A stretch of 63,946 bases of DNA, taken from an uncultured Candidatus Saccharibacteria bacterium (GTDB lineage: Bacteria > Patescibacteriota > WWE3 > UBA101185 > UBA10185). The first letter of the stretch is position 1. Each line of letters opens with the position of its first letter. Shown here one piece after another: positions 24,666-33,400 of this stretch. A program made the position numbers and the translations under genes. Under the pieces are notes generated by a model. The model was not told the origin of the DNA. It saw only the letters and a program-made list of their open reading frames with translations, and did no database searches. The stretch is from NCBI GenBank assembly GCA_964510435.1, contig CAZEBU010000003.1, positions 1 through 63,946 on the forward strand, written 5' to 3'.

Positions 24666-27382
24666 GGTAAAACTTTAGAGTTCTGGTTTTTTACTGATTT
24701 TTTCTTCTTTGATACTTTTGCTCTTTTTTGTTGGGTCTTAATTGTGTTTTCAGGTTTATATTTTGTTGCATAGTTTTGTCTTGATGATGCAATCAATCGA
24801 TCTACTATTTTTATGTCCTTCCCCCTGCCCATTGGAATCGTTTCCCCTGAAAATGGCTCTTCTGGCTCAACTGCTGCAAGCCTGATATAAAACCTGTATC
24901 TTGGCAAGTTGTTGATATCCCCTACGTCAGCATATGGCTTGAACTGATCTGCCATGAGTTTGGCATCTATTGGGCTGGCAGTTCTAAAACAAATAACCGT
25001 ACCTGTGTTAGCCAAGATAACATTTACTACATTTCGATCATCTTGTTGCGCTGTGGATTGTTCTGCAATGGTCACGCGCAAGCCAAACTTTCGTCCACCT
25101 GACAATAGTTTGGTAAATGATGAAGTAGCGAAATTTTGAAACTCGTCTACAAATACGTAAAAGGGTTTGCGCTTCCCCCCACCTTGACGTTCTCTGCGCA
25201 TAGCAGCTTGTTGGATTTTGGTAATAATGGTTGTACCAAGTAATTGAGAAGTGTCTTCTCCAAGTTTTCCCTCGCCTAGGTTGCAGATCATTATCTTGCC
25301 GGATCCCAAAATCTCATTAAAGTTAATTGTTGATTTTGGTTGTTCTAGGATTCTTTTAGCGGAAGGTGAAAAGAGAAAGCGACCGATCTTGGCGGTAACA
25401 CCTGAAACCATCTTAACTATTTGGAAGTTGCCGGCTTTCCCAAATTCATTTTTCCAAAAGTTTTTTAGGTTCTCATCCGCTAGGTTTCTTGTAGTTCGCT
25501 TTCTAAACTTAGGATTATTGAGCAACTCATAAACTGTAAAGATAGTTGCATCCGGAATTGTAAAAGCTGTGTAGATAGCGTTTCTTAATATATATTCAAT
25601 CCTGTGAGCATTGGCTTTTTCGTCATTGCTAAAAATTCTTCTAAAAATAGATATAACACCCTCACAAACCATTTCTTTTTCTTGCTCAAGTGTGTCTCCC
25701 TCTAAATCCTGAGGTAGTTCCAATAGATTAATGCCAATAGGGTAACTTAAGTCGAAAGGGTTGAAATAAATGCAGTCCGCTATTCTTTCTTTTGGAATTG
25801 TGGCCAACAAATCCTCTGCCAAATCTCCATGAGGGTCTACAACTGCAACACCCCTGCCTTTTCGAATATCGTCTTTAGCCATGTGGTAAATGATGGTAGT
25901 TTTTCCCGATCCCGTCTGACCTAGGATATATACATGTCTAGAGCGGTCTTCATCGGTTAAGCCAATGTCTACCTGAGAGTTAGCATAGGTGTTTTTTCCA
26001 AATACTACGTCAAGATTACTATTATTTTTGACCGACAGCGGTGCTGGCAATTCCTTGCTATGTACTTTCGCAAGATCCTCCACTCTAGTTGATTGAGTAT
26101 TGGGGAAATGATACAGGTCAGATAATTCGGATGCAGAAAAGATGCTGACTACTGCTGTGGAGTGATTGCGCGCCTTTAAGCCGTGCAATAGTACTTTCTT
26201 GAGTATTGGCAACCTAAATAAGTCTAAATGTTTAACAGGAGTAATTGCTTGATGACTGTTTCTATAGGTGGCAAAAGAAGCGCTCAAGCCACGTTCACGA
26301 TCTTTCTGTGCTTTGGGTGAGCTGGTTTTAATTAGCGCCCGAATGGCAACTTCATACAAAGGCTGTTCAAGCTTTTTCTTTATTTGCTCTAGTAGTTTTT
26401 CTTGTCCTTTTGTGTGATGGACTGGTTTTTTGTATTTTCGAAGGAGATATCTGGCAAGATAGAATGCTACGAGTAACCAGCTGAAAATTATGAACAAAAC
26501 TATTCTCATTAGCCATGTCAAAGTAACATTTAACGGGGTTTGTTTTGACAATGATTTAATACTTTCAAAAACGGGACTGTCATCAATAATTTGACTCAAT
26601 AAGTCGTTTTGCACTTTGGTCATTTTTTTACCCGCCGGATGAAGAACAAATTGCAATAACAAAAGTTCGTTATCAGCTAGTTTTCCCATCATGCCGACCA
26701 TATAGGCAATTGGATCTTGTTTCTCCAACTCGTTTTGGGTTCTTAGTGGAAGCGGAAAAGGTTGTGTTTGTCCGTATTCCTTAAGTACATAGTTTTGGCT
26801 TGTGAGTTCGTCCAGTGAATCTGGGAGATAGTCTTTAATTTTGGTAATTTTAAGGTCTGGTAAATGGGCGCGCAGTGCTTTCTGCACAATTTCACTGTTG
26901 CCAATAGGAACTCCTATCACATATCTAATCCCCTCCTTTTTGGTAGAAATAATTTCCAGCGAGTATGCAGACCCTTCATACTTAGATTTGTTCATCCCAG
27001 TAGATGATTGAGCTGTAGAATGCAGGACATTAAATAGTTCTGAGGTGGCTGTTGCGTTTTGTTTATGCGCGTGATGAGGCCGTAGCTCAAAAAACATGAT
27101 ATTTTCGTTTGGGGTTTTTGATCCTCTAAGGACTTTTACAACGATTCGGAGCCAGTTAAAAAAGAAAAAAGCCAAAACAACAACGAAAAAAAGGATAATA
27201 ATCCAAGGCAACACGGCAGATACTTCTGGTCTGATCATGTATAGGAAAAGCTGATCTTTTTGTTCTTGGGAGATAAACGGGGTAATTTGCGCAAAATACG
27301 CAATCACAATCTCGTATATGCCTATTTGCATGGTTTTTAGTTGTGGGTAGCTGTTTAGAACTTCAGTAGGAGATGTCAGCAT
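24662..27382 (-). CDS. type IV secretion coupling-protein-like (TraD/TraG/VirD4/TrwB class) DNA-transfer ATPase
   Basis: N-terminal TM helices, Walker A ILGQTGSGKTT and Walker B FYVFVDEFQNF. 906 aa. Confidence 0.7.
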   Translation of the reverse strand: MLTSPTEVLNSYPQLKTMQIGIYEIVIAYFAQITPFISQEQKDQLFLYMIRPEVSAVLPWIIILFFVVVLAFFFFNWLRIVVKVLRGSKTPNENIMFFELRPHHAHKQNATATSELFNVLHSTAQSSTGMNKSKYEGSAYSLEIISTKKEGIRYVIGVPIGNSEIVQKALRAHLPDLKITKIKDYLPDSLDELTSQNYVLKEYGQTQPFPLPLRTQNELEKQDPIAYMVGMMGKLADNELLLLQFVLHPAGKKMTKVQNDLLSQIIDDSPVFESIKSLSKQTPLNVTLTWLMRIVLFIIFSWLLVAFYLARYLLRKYKKPVHHTKGQEKLLEQIKKKLEQPLYEVAIRALIKTSSPKAQKDRERGLSASFATYRNSHQAITPVKHLDLFRLPILKKVLLHGLKARNHSTAVVSIFSASELSDLYHFPNTQSTRVEDLAKVHSKELPAPLSVKNNSNLDVVFGKNTYANSQVDIGLTDEDRSRHVYILGQTGSGKTTIIYHMAKDDIRKGRGVAVVDPHGDLAEDLLATIPKERIADCIYFNPFDLSYPIGINLLELPQDLEGDTLEQEKEMVCEGVISIFRRIFSNDEKANAHRIEYILRNAIYTAFTIPDATIFTVYELLNNPKFRKRTTRNLADENLKNFWKNEFGKAGNFQIVKMVSGVTAKIGRFLFSPSAKRILEQPKSTINFNEILGSGKIMICNLGEGKLGEDTSQLLGTTIITKIQQAAMRRERQGGGKRKPFYVFVDEFQNFATSSFTKLLSGGRKFGLRVTIAEQSTAQQDDRNVVNVILANTGTVICFRTASPIDAKLMADQFKPYADVGDINNLPRYRFYIRLAAVEPEEPFSGETIPMGRGKDIKIVDRLIASSRQNYATKYKPENTIKTQQKRAKVSKKKKSVKNQNSKVLP

Positions 27383-27476
27383 TTAAATAATTTAGGCTGA
27401 GCAGATAACCTAATGAATTAATATATTATCTGGCTTGAAGTATACCAGAGACGGCCATAATATGAAGATAAAAGAC

Positions 27477-27506
27477 TTGACATTATCCCTCTAGAGATAC
27501 TATACT
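27477..27506 (+). promoter_or_regulatory. promoter TTGACA-N18-TATACT with an overlapping inverted repeat (CCTCTAGAGATA..TATCTCTAAGAGG)
   Basis: Read directly. It lies 30 nt upstream of the small ORF / recombinase 2 operon. Confidence 0.5.
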
Positions 27507-27536
27507 ATCTCTAAGAGGATAGAGGCAAAAACACTT

Positions 27537-27713
27537 ATGGCAAGACTAAAAGGCTCGAAAAATGAAAAGACTCAATCTGGTAGAAGACCATCATCAACAC
27601 TGTCCTCATCTGAGCGTATTCAACTGCTTACAAGTCTTGTAATAGACCGAATCATTCAGGACAAAAACAACGGTTCGCCACTTCTACACAAAATCAGGAG
27701 GGATTATCGATGA
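27537..27713 (+). CDS. small basic protein (58 aa) translationally coupled to recombinase 2
   Basis: MARLKGSKNEKTQSGRRPSS... Its stop overlaps the recombinase start (ATGA). Below the ORF-track cutoff. Confidence 0.4.
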   Translation: MARLKGSKNEKTQSGRRPSSTLSSSERIQLLTSLVIDRIIQDKNNGSPLLHKIRRDYR

Positions 27714-29551
27714 ATAATATCCCTGCCCTACAAAACGCTGTAGCTGCCATTCGTGTTTCTTCTGTTAAACAAGGCGTTGCTGGCGATTCCCCAGAAGCTC
27801 AAAAAGAACAGATTGGGCAGTTTGCCAAAGCTCACAATTATAAAATAACCAAATTTTTCACTTTCTTAGAATCTGCATCAAAAGAGCAACAGCCCATCCA
27901 AGAAGCTATTGATTATTGTGTTAAGCCAAAAAATGGTGTGCAGGTCTTTATTATCAAATCAATTGATAGGTTTACTCGTGGCGGATCTTATTTGTATGAA
28001 GATCTAAAAATGCAGCTAGAAAAACAAGACGTGCAGCTGATTGATATTTACGGCGTTATTGGGAGTCAACAAATCAACACTTTAGAGCACTTGGGAGTTG
28101 AGTTTAACTGGAGTGTTTATTCGCCTACTAAAAAAGCTGAAATGTTGGAAGCAGAACGGGCAAAAGATGAAATGCGGGACATTATGAGCCGTATGATTGG
28201 GGCCGAAATCCGCTATTCTCGAATGGGATATTGGGTTCGCAGAGCGCCCATGGGCTATATGAACGAAAAAGTAGAAACCCCTAATGGCAAACGAACAATT
28301 CTTAAAGCCCACCCGATCGAATCTATTTGGTTTAAAAAGATGTTTGAACTACGTTGTCGGGGAAACCTAACCGATTACCAAATTGTCGACGAAATAAATA
28401 GATTAGGATTTAAAACTAGAAAACTTGTGCACCGGGATAAACATGATCGCACTAAAATATTGAAAATCAGGGGAGAAAACAAACTAAATGTAAAAAGTTT
28501 TCGCAGATACATCCAAAATCCCCTCTATGCAGGTATCAACCTAGTTAAGTGGACAAAGGATGCTCCTCATAAAGGTCAATTTGAAGGGCTTGTTTCTATA
28601 AAGACTTTTAACAAAGTAAATAAAGGCAAAATCGCAATTATCGAAGAGAAAAATGGCAAGATTAGAATTGAAAAAAAGAAAACTCCAGAATATTTACTTA
28701 AAAAGGGAGTAAGAAATCCCGATTTTCCATATAAACGAGTAGTAATGTGCCCGCACTGTGAAAAACCCCTATACGGCAGCGCCTCCCGAGGCAAATTAGG
28801 TAAATACTACCCTGCTTACCACTGCAACAAACGAGGTCATTATTTTAGAGTGCCAAAAAAGCAATTTGATGAAACTTTACACAAGTTTGTCAAAAATATT
28901 CAGCTAGCCCCCAAATATGTGGAAACACTTATAGAGACTGTTACTAAAGAGTGGGAACGTCGTGAGAAAGAATCAAATAAAGACAAGGTAAATATAGATG
29001 AGCGTATTAACGAACTAAAAATGCAAGCACAACTAGTAGCCGACAAAATACGCTATCTAAACTCTGAGGTTGCCATCAAATATGTGGAAGAAGATCTGAT
29101 AAAAATTGATAAAGAAGTTGAAGATTTGCTAATACAAAAAGAAAAGGAAATAAGCGAAAAACCAGCCGATATTGATGAGGTTATGACCTACGTTAAATAT
29201 TTTCTGGAACACATGGAAGAGTTGCTTATACACGGGGAAGATCCCGAAGCGAGAGCCTTGCATTTTGGGATACTTTTTGACCAAGCCCCAACCTATGAAG
29301 AATTAAATTCTGGAACACCAAAATTAGCCCAAGCTATCAAGCTAAATGAGGTCTTTACAATGTCAAAAGGTTACTTGGCTGGGGGACAGGGATTCGAACC
29401 CCGATCTTCGGGACCAAAGCCCGACGTGCTGCCATTACACCATCCCCCATCAAAATACATGAGCATTAAGCTGCATCATTATACATTAGAAATGAATTAC
29501 CGATCATTAGCTTTCACACTTAAGCACAAGATCATGAGTTTTATTTTCTGA
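27710..29551 (+). CDS. large serine recombinase (integrase) 2; the 3' ~60 codons read antisense through tRNA-Gln
   Basis: AAIRVSSVKQ (catalytic Ser), IKSIDRFTRG, zinc-ribbon CPHCEKP..YHCNKRGH and a coiled coil. The tail GGQGFEPRSSGPKPDVLPLHHPP is the translated tRNA complement. Confidence 0.85.
   Translation: MNNIPALQNAVAAIRVSSVKQGVAGDSPEAQKEQIGQFAKAHNYKITKFFTFLESASKEQQPIQEAIDYCVKPKNGVQVFIIKSIDRFTRGGSYLYEDLKMQLEKQDVQLIDIYGVIGSQQINTLEHLGVEFNWSVYSPTKKAEMLEAERAKDEMRDIMSRMIGAEIRYSRMGYWVRRAPMGYMNEKVETPNGKRTILKAHPIESIWFKKMFELRCRGNLTDYQIVDEINRLGFKTRKLVHRDKHDRTKILKIRGENKLNVKSFRRYIQNPLYAGINLVKWTKDAPHKGQFEGLVSIKTFNKVNKGKIAIIEEKNGKIRIEKKKTPEYLLKKGVRNPDFPYKRVVMCPHCEKPLYGSASRGKLGKYYPAYHCNKRGHYFRVPKKQFDETLHKFVKNIQLAPKYVETLIETVTKEWERREKESNKDKVNIDERINELKMQAQLVADKIRYLNSEVAIKYVEEDLIKIDKEVEDLLIQKEKEISEKPADIDEVMTYVKYFLEHMEELLIHGEDPEARALHFGILFDQAPTYEELNSGTPKLAQAIKLNEVFTMSKGYLAGGQGFEPRSSGPKPDVLPLHHPPSKYMSIKLHHYTLEMNYRSLAFTLKHKIMSFIF
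29376..29449 (-). tRNA. tRNA-Gln (anticodon UUG)
   Basis: Manual cloverleaf: U1-A72, G73, anticodon loop CUUUGGU, T-loop TTCGAAT, encoded CCA. Confidence 0.85.
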
Positions 29552-30277
29552 TAAAGACAAGGTTGTAGTCCTATTCATTAGCGACTCCCCGTCGAAAATT
29601 ACATCCGTATATCTACTTGGGAGAGAAAATTTTCCGCCAAATCCAAGTGCAGTAAAAGAACTACCACCTGATTTTCTAATATTCACTTCAACATCTACAC
29701 CCGGAATTTTGATAACCTCGGTATTTCCACTTTCTATAGATCCGGAAGGTAAGCTAAAGCCCGGGATATTTATCGATATTTCACTGACCATATGTATAGC
29801 TGGGCATCCGGAGTTTTTAACGTTAATTTCCACAGATTTATTATTTAAAAATATACTAACTCCTACGATCGCAGCTGCAGCTATCGTAATTAAGCCTAGA
29901 GGCCCTTTCAGAGTTGTAAGCACCTTTAAAGCACCTGTAGTTGAAGCAGTGCTGTATAGCTTGTCTAGTCTTGTAACCTCTGACTTTAAGCTATCCCAGC
30001 TACTTATTAAAAGAATAATTAGTTTTTTGCGTTTTTTTTGCTCCTTTGTCTTTTCCGGAAGATTTTCTGCAGACAAACCGATTACGTCACCTTCCTGGAC
30101 TACTTGGATTTTTTCGATTATTTTGTTAATTACCTCCAGTTGCCCATCAATTTTTGGATCCGTATTTCTTAGCATAGTCGTTAGTTTATCGATTTTACTG
30201 AGTGTGGTGTTTTCCTCGCTCAGGAGTTCGAGGCCAAGTTTAATATTTTCTTTTTGCAAATCTGTGATCTTTTTCAT
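29507..30277 (-). CDS. hypothetical coiled-coil / single-TM protein (256 aa)
   Basis: ORF with a central hydrophobic helix (LGLITIAAAAIVGVSIFL). The antisense ORF 29709-30290 is its shadow. Confidence 0.5.
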   Translation of the reverse strand: MKKITDLQKENIKLGLELLSEENTTLSKIDKLTTMLRNTDPKIDGQLEVINKIIEKIQVVQEGDVIGLSAENLPEKTKEQKKRKKLIILLISSWDSLKSEVTRLDKLYSTASTTGALKVLTTLKGPLGLITIAAAAIVGVSIFLNNKSVEINVKNSGCPAIHMVSEISINIPGFSLPSGSIESGNTEVIKIPGVDVEVNIRKSGGSSFTALGFGGKFSLPSRYTDVIFDGESLMNRTTTLSLSENKTHDLVLKCES

Positions 30278-30385
30278 TAAAGTATTCTAACATTTCATCA
30301 AACAACAAGGATAAAAAAAGGAAAGCCCTATAATTGTTTTTACACATTTATAGGGCTCCAGCCGAGCAACAGACGTTCGTACCTG

Positions 30386-30601
30386 CTATCCCTGGGCAGA
30401 TATGCAGTAAACTCTGGCTTTGCCAAATCTGCGAGTGGGTCCGACGACGTTGAAGGTCCTGGTCTCGCTGCCATATTTACCGTTGATCTGCGCTTGCAGC
30501 ATTCGAAGGTTCACAGGGGTGTCTCCGGAATCTGTATCAAATTCCAGCATCTTACCTACTACGAGACGTCCTGCATTCTCAACAACACCTGTTTGGCTCA
30601 T
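30386..30601 (-). CDS. hypothetical small protein (71 aa)
   Basis: AGGAGAGGAG RBS 5-8 nt upstream of the ATG. Locally GC-rich. Confidence 0.45.
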   Translation of the reverse strand: MSQTGVVENAGRLVVGKMLEFDTDSGDTPVNLRMLQAQINGKYGSETRTFNVVGPTRRFGKARVYCISAQG

Positions 30602-30706
30602 GTTACTCCTCTCCTTTTTTTGTTCGTACTACTTATTTGGGATTAGCAAATTATAAAATAGTTATTTACTCTTGTAAAACACTCTTTGCTACTAGATGGC
30701 AACCCA

Positions 30707-30735
30707 TTGACTCAACAAGAGGCCTATAGTATAAT
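30707..30735 (+). promoter_or_regulatory. consensus-like promoter TTGACT-N17-TATAAT
   Basis: Read directly, 50 nt upstream of the ATG at 30785. Confidence 0.5.
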
Positions 30736-30784
30736 CAATCCAACTGTTGTAATAAATACAAACAATATTATGAGGAGGAGTGGT

Positions 30785-31015
30785 ATGGCTAACCACGGTA
30801 GGAAAATGAGGTTTAAGCTAGACTCGAAAAGATCGATCACTGTTGATGTGCGGCATTCCATACCGGGTGTCCAAACGAATATTCTTGTACAGGAAATCCG
30901 TGGAGGAAGCAAAATCATGGTCACCGCAGGAGTAACTTTTGCCGATGGGAGAACTATAGGAAAAATTAAGGAATATCCCAGAGGCAAGAAGTCAGTAGTG
31001 ATCAATCTCAAATGA
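30785..31015 (+). CDS. hypothetical small basic protein (76 aa)
   Basis: GAGGAGGAG RBS before MANHGRK. The ORF-track 5' extension was trimmed. Confidence 0.45.
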   Translation: MANHGRKMRFKLDSKRSITVDVRHSIPGVQTNILVQEIRGGSKIMVTAGVTFADGRTIGKIKEYPRGKKSVVINLK

Positions 31016-31027
31016 TCTGTTGCCTAC

Positions 31028-31069
31028 GGGCTCTTTGTGAAGCACAAACATAAAGAGCCCTCTTTTTTT
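31028..31069 (+). terminator. rho-independent terminator
   Basis: GGGCTCTTT..N15..AAAGAGCCC followed by TCTTTTTTT. Confidence 0.7.
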
Positions 31070-31106
31070 GTCACTAAAACTACACTTTCTGCTAAAATGT
31101 ATTAAT

Positions 31107-31820
31107 ATGATGCCACCTACGCAAGTAAAGGCTAAAGTGCTAACTAAAAGTCGATTGTCAGACAACGTTATTAGGTTGAAAATAAAAAACATTGATCCTG
31201 TGGAAGTTGAATTTACCCCCGGACAGTTCATCTCTCTTAAAATTGACGAAACTACATATAGATCTTATTCTATTTATCGATACGACACGGATATTCACGC
31301 TTTTGAGATAGCGGTAAGTGTTTATCACGAGGGCCCAGGCCCCAAGTTTTTAAAGGGAATAAGTGTGGGAAGTGATATAGAGTACGTTGGTCCGCGTGGA
31401 AAATTTGTTTTAAACACCGAGTCCGAAGAGGTATATCTTTTTGCTACAGGTACAGGCATCTCACCCTTTATTGCCTATTTGTCTCATGTTGAAAAATCTC
31501 CTTCAAAACCTAGGATCACTCTTTTCTGGGGATTGCGTGAGAAGAAAAATATCTTTTTAGAAAACATGTTTCACAGTTTTACCATGAGCCTTCCCAATTT
31601 TAAACACGAGATCTATCTTTCTCAGGAAAAAGGTGTTTTCCAATATAAAGGTGGCAAAATTACAGAAGCAGCAAAAGATCTAACTTTTGGCGAAGATGCC
31701 GTATTTTATCTTTGCGGTAATCCCGATATGGTTAACGATATGATTAGTATATTAAAAGCCAAGGGTGTAACTGAAGACAGGATCATGTTCGAAAAATATA
31801 CACGCGCCGGAGATTTATAA
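31107..31820 (+). CDS. ferredoxin-NADP reductase-like FAD/NAD(P)-binding oxidoreductase
   Basis: PGQFISLKI, RSYSI (RxYS FAD site), GTGISPF and LCGNPDMV. Confidence 0.7.
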   Translation: MMPPTQVKAKVLTKSRLSDNVIRLKIKNIDPVEVEFTPGQFISLKIDETTYRSYSIYRYDTDIHAFEIAVSVYHEGPGPKFLKGISVGSDIEYVGPRGKFVLNTESEEVYLFATGTGISPFIAYLSHVEKSPSKPRITLFWGLREKKNIFLENMFHSFTMSLPNFKHEIYLSQEKGVFQYKGGKITEAAKDLTFGEDAVFYLCGNPDMVNDMISILKAKGVTEDRIMFEKYTRAGDL

Positions 31821-31840
31821 GTTTCCTCTGTTTTAAATAG

Positions 31841-31882
31841 AAAAAAATAAAGGGTGGCATGCCATGTAGGAATGTCACCCTT
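31841..31882 (-). terminator. rho-independent terminator for 31905-32192
   Basis: On the minus strand: AAGGGTG..N19..CACCCTT followed by TATTTTTTT. Confidence 0.6.
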
Positions 31883-31904
31883 GTGGGTGTTGATCATGCT
31901 ACAG

Positions 31905-32192
31905 CTATTGCTTTATCCCGACAACATTGGGAAAAAGTACGCTGTATAGTTCATGACTCCGCTTTTCTTTGCCGTGGTACGTAACTGCCAGAAGAAGAAA
32001 AGCCGCCAGTGACAAAAGCATGACAATGAAACTGACCAGCGTGACTGTGAAATCGATGAATATTTGGCTCTGGGTGGCTGTTCCCCACTTGAGAACAACG
32101 TTTGCCGCTCCCGATAGGGTGATGATTAAACCTAACAGGCACAGAGCCAAAGTCCCATATAGAGCTAGGGCCTTCACTAAATCTTTGTACAT
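31905..32192 (-). CDS. small membrane protein (95 aa)
   Basis: GAGGAGGGG RBS before MYKDLVK. Three hydrophobic helices. Confidence 0.5.
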   Translation of the reverse strand: MYKDLVKALALYGTLALCLLGLIITLSGAANVVLKWGTATQSQIFIDFTVTLVSFIVMLLSLAAFLLLAVTYHGKEKRSHELYSVLFPNVVGIKQ

Positions 32193-32341
32193 TACCCCTC
32201 CTCGTGGGAATGAAAAAGGTGAGAGAAATCTCACCAACTTAAGTAAATTATACAACGAAAATCAAAAGAAGTCAATACTATAGGTTGTATGTCAATTACC
32301 CCTTAGATGTTATTAAGAAACAGGTGTTACGATCCCTATGC

Positions 32342-32416
32342 TGGTGGGTCTACATGGATTCGAACCATGGACCTCTCGGATGTAAGCCGAGCGCTCTGCC
32401 ACTGAGCTACAGACCC
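32342..32416 (-). tRNA. tRNA-Val (anticodon UAC)
   Basis: GGGTCTGTAGCTCAGTGG..CTTACAT loop..GGTTCGAATCC..ACCA. Confidence 0.9.
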
Positions 32417-32475
32417 AAAACTCTAATATTTTACCAGCTTTTTCATTTTATCAGCAAATACATTATTATAAGCAT

Positions 32476-33369
32476 ATGAGAAAGCTGCTTTTGTTATTTG
32501 CAGGAACAATCTTTGTTTTTTCCGGCTTTATTTACTATTCGCAGACGAGTCAGAATCCTATTATTCTCTCTATTTATGACGAAAATATTTCCGTTTTTCA
32601 AAAATTTGCACCTATTTTTAGTACCAATGAAAAGAAACGTGCTTTTGATAAAGTTTTAGCTGAGGTAAATGATAAAAAAGGTACCTATGGAATTTATATA
32701 AAAGACCTGCAAGACGGCAAAACTTATATGCATAACGAGTCTGAGCTATTTTACGGGGCCTCTCTCTTTAAAGTTCCTATAGGTGCTGCAGTTTTGAAAG
32801 AAATTCAGGATGACGCTCTGCAGGCAGATGAGAAAATAACATATTTGGAAAAGGATTATTTTGGTGGTACGGGAACTATTTATTATTCTAAATTTGGCAC
32901 TAAATTTTCCGTAGAATACTTAGTTGGGAGATTACTTAAAGATTCGGATAATGTAGCACAAGCCATGCTGACAAGGATCGTCCCCCCTTCGAAAATAGGA
33001 GAGGCCTTTGCTCTCATTACCATAAAAAACTATTTTTTTAAAAACAACACAGTAACTCCTGAGCAATTAGGTAATTTTTTTGAAAATCTAATTAGCGGAG
33101 ACTACCTTACCCAAACAAACAAAACTATTTTGCTAAACATCATGTCACAAACTTCTTTTGATGATAGAGTGCATGCCGGGTTGTCGGAAGGTGTTAAATT
33201 CTCTCATAAAATTGGCAATTGGCCGGAAACAGCCGCTTGGCACGATTGTGGCGTGGTTAGTAAAGATGATCAAAAGGTTATCGCTTGTGTTATGAGCCGC
33301 AACACAACTTTTGAAGAATTTTTGAATGTGAGCAAAAAAGTTGGTAAATTTGTCAGCCTGCTTCTTTAA
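32476..33369 (+). CDS. class A beta-lactamase-like serine hydrolase, membrane anchored
   Basis: SLFK (SxxK), SDN in KDSDNVAQ, a KTG-like HKIG, and an N-terminal TM helix. Confidence 0.55.
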   Translation: MRKLLLLFAGTIFVFSGFIYYSQTSQNPIILSIYDENISVFQKFAPIFSTNEKKRAFDKVLAEVNDKKGTYGIYIKDLQDGKTYMHNESELFYGASLFKVPIGAAVLKEIQDDALQADEKITYLEKDYFGGTGTIYYSKFGTKFSVEYLVGRLLKDSDNVAQAMLTRIVPPSKIGEAFALITIKNYFFKNNTVTPEQLGNFFENLISGDYLTQTNKTILLNIMSQTSFDDRVHAGLSEGVKFSHKIGNWPETAAWHDCGVVSKDDQKVIACVMSRNTTFEEFLNVSKKVGKFVSLLL

Positions 33370-33400
33370 TATTACAAAAAAGATTACAATATAATCACCT

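Larger units (their letters stand above)
8210..29449. mobile_element. integrative mobilisable element / defence island abutting tRNA-Gln; left boundary not resolved (could be ~7.4 kb, ~8.2 kb, or further left)
   Basis: Two large serine recombinases, a T4CP-like ATPase, a replication-relaxation protein, an ArdC-like gene, an Abi gene, an R-M system, a retron and a SIR2 gene. The right end is a recombinase gene running into tRNA-Gln. Confidence 0.55.

Noticed and set aside
852-29385. Recurrence of TGGCTG(G) at several junction-like positions (852, 1958, 3480, 5232, 7432, 29376) as a shared recombination core.
   Set aside because: A 6-7-mer is expected several times by chance in 64 kb. Only the 852/3479 pair and the 10-nt match at 1958 are discussed in the findings.
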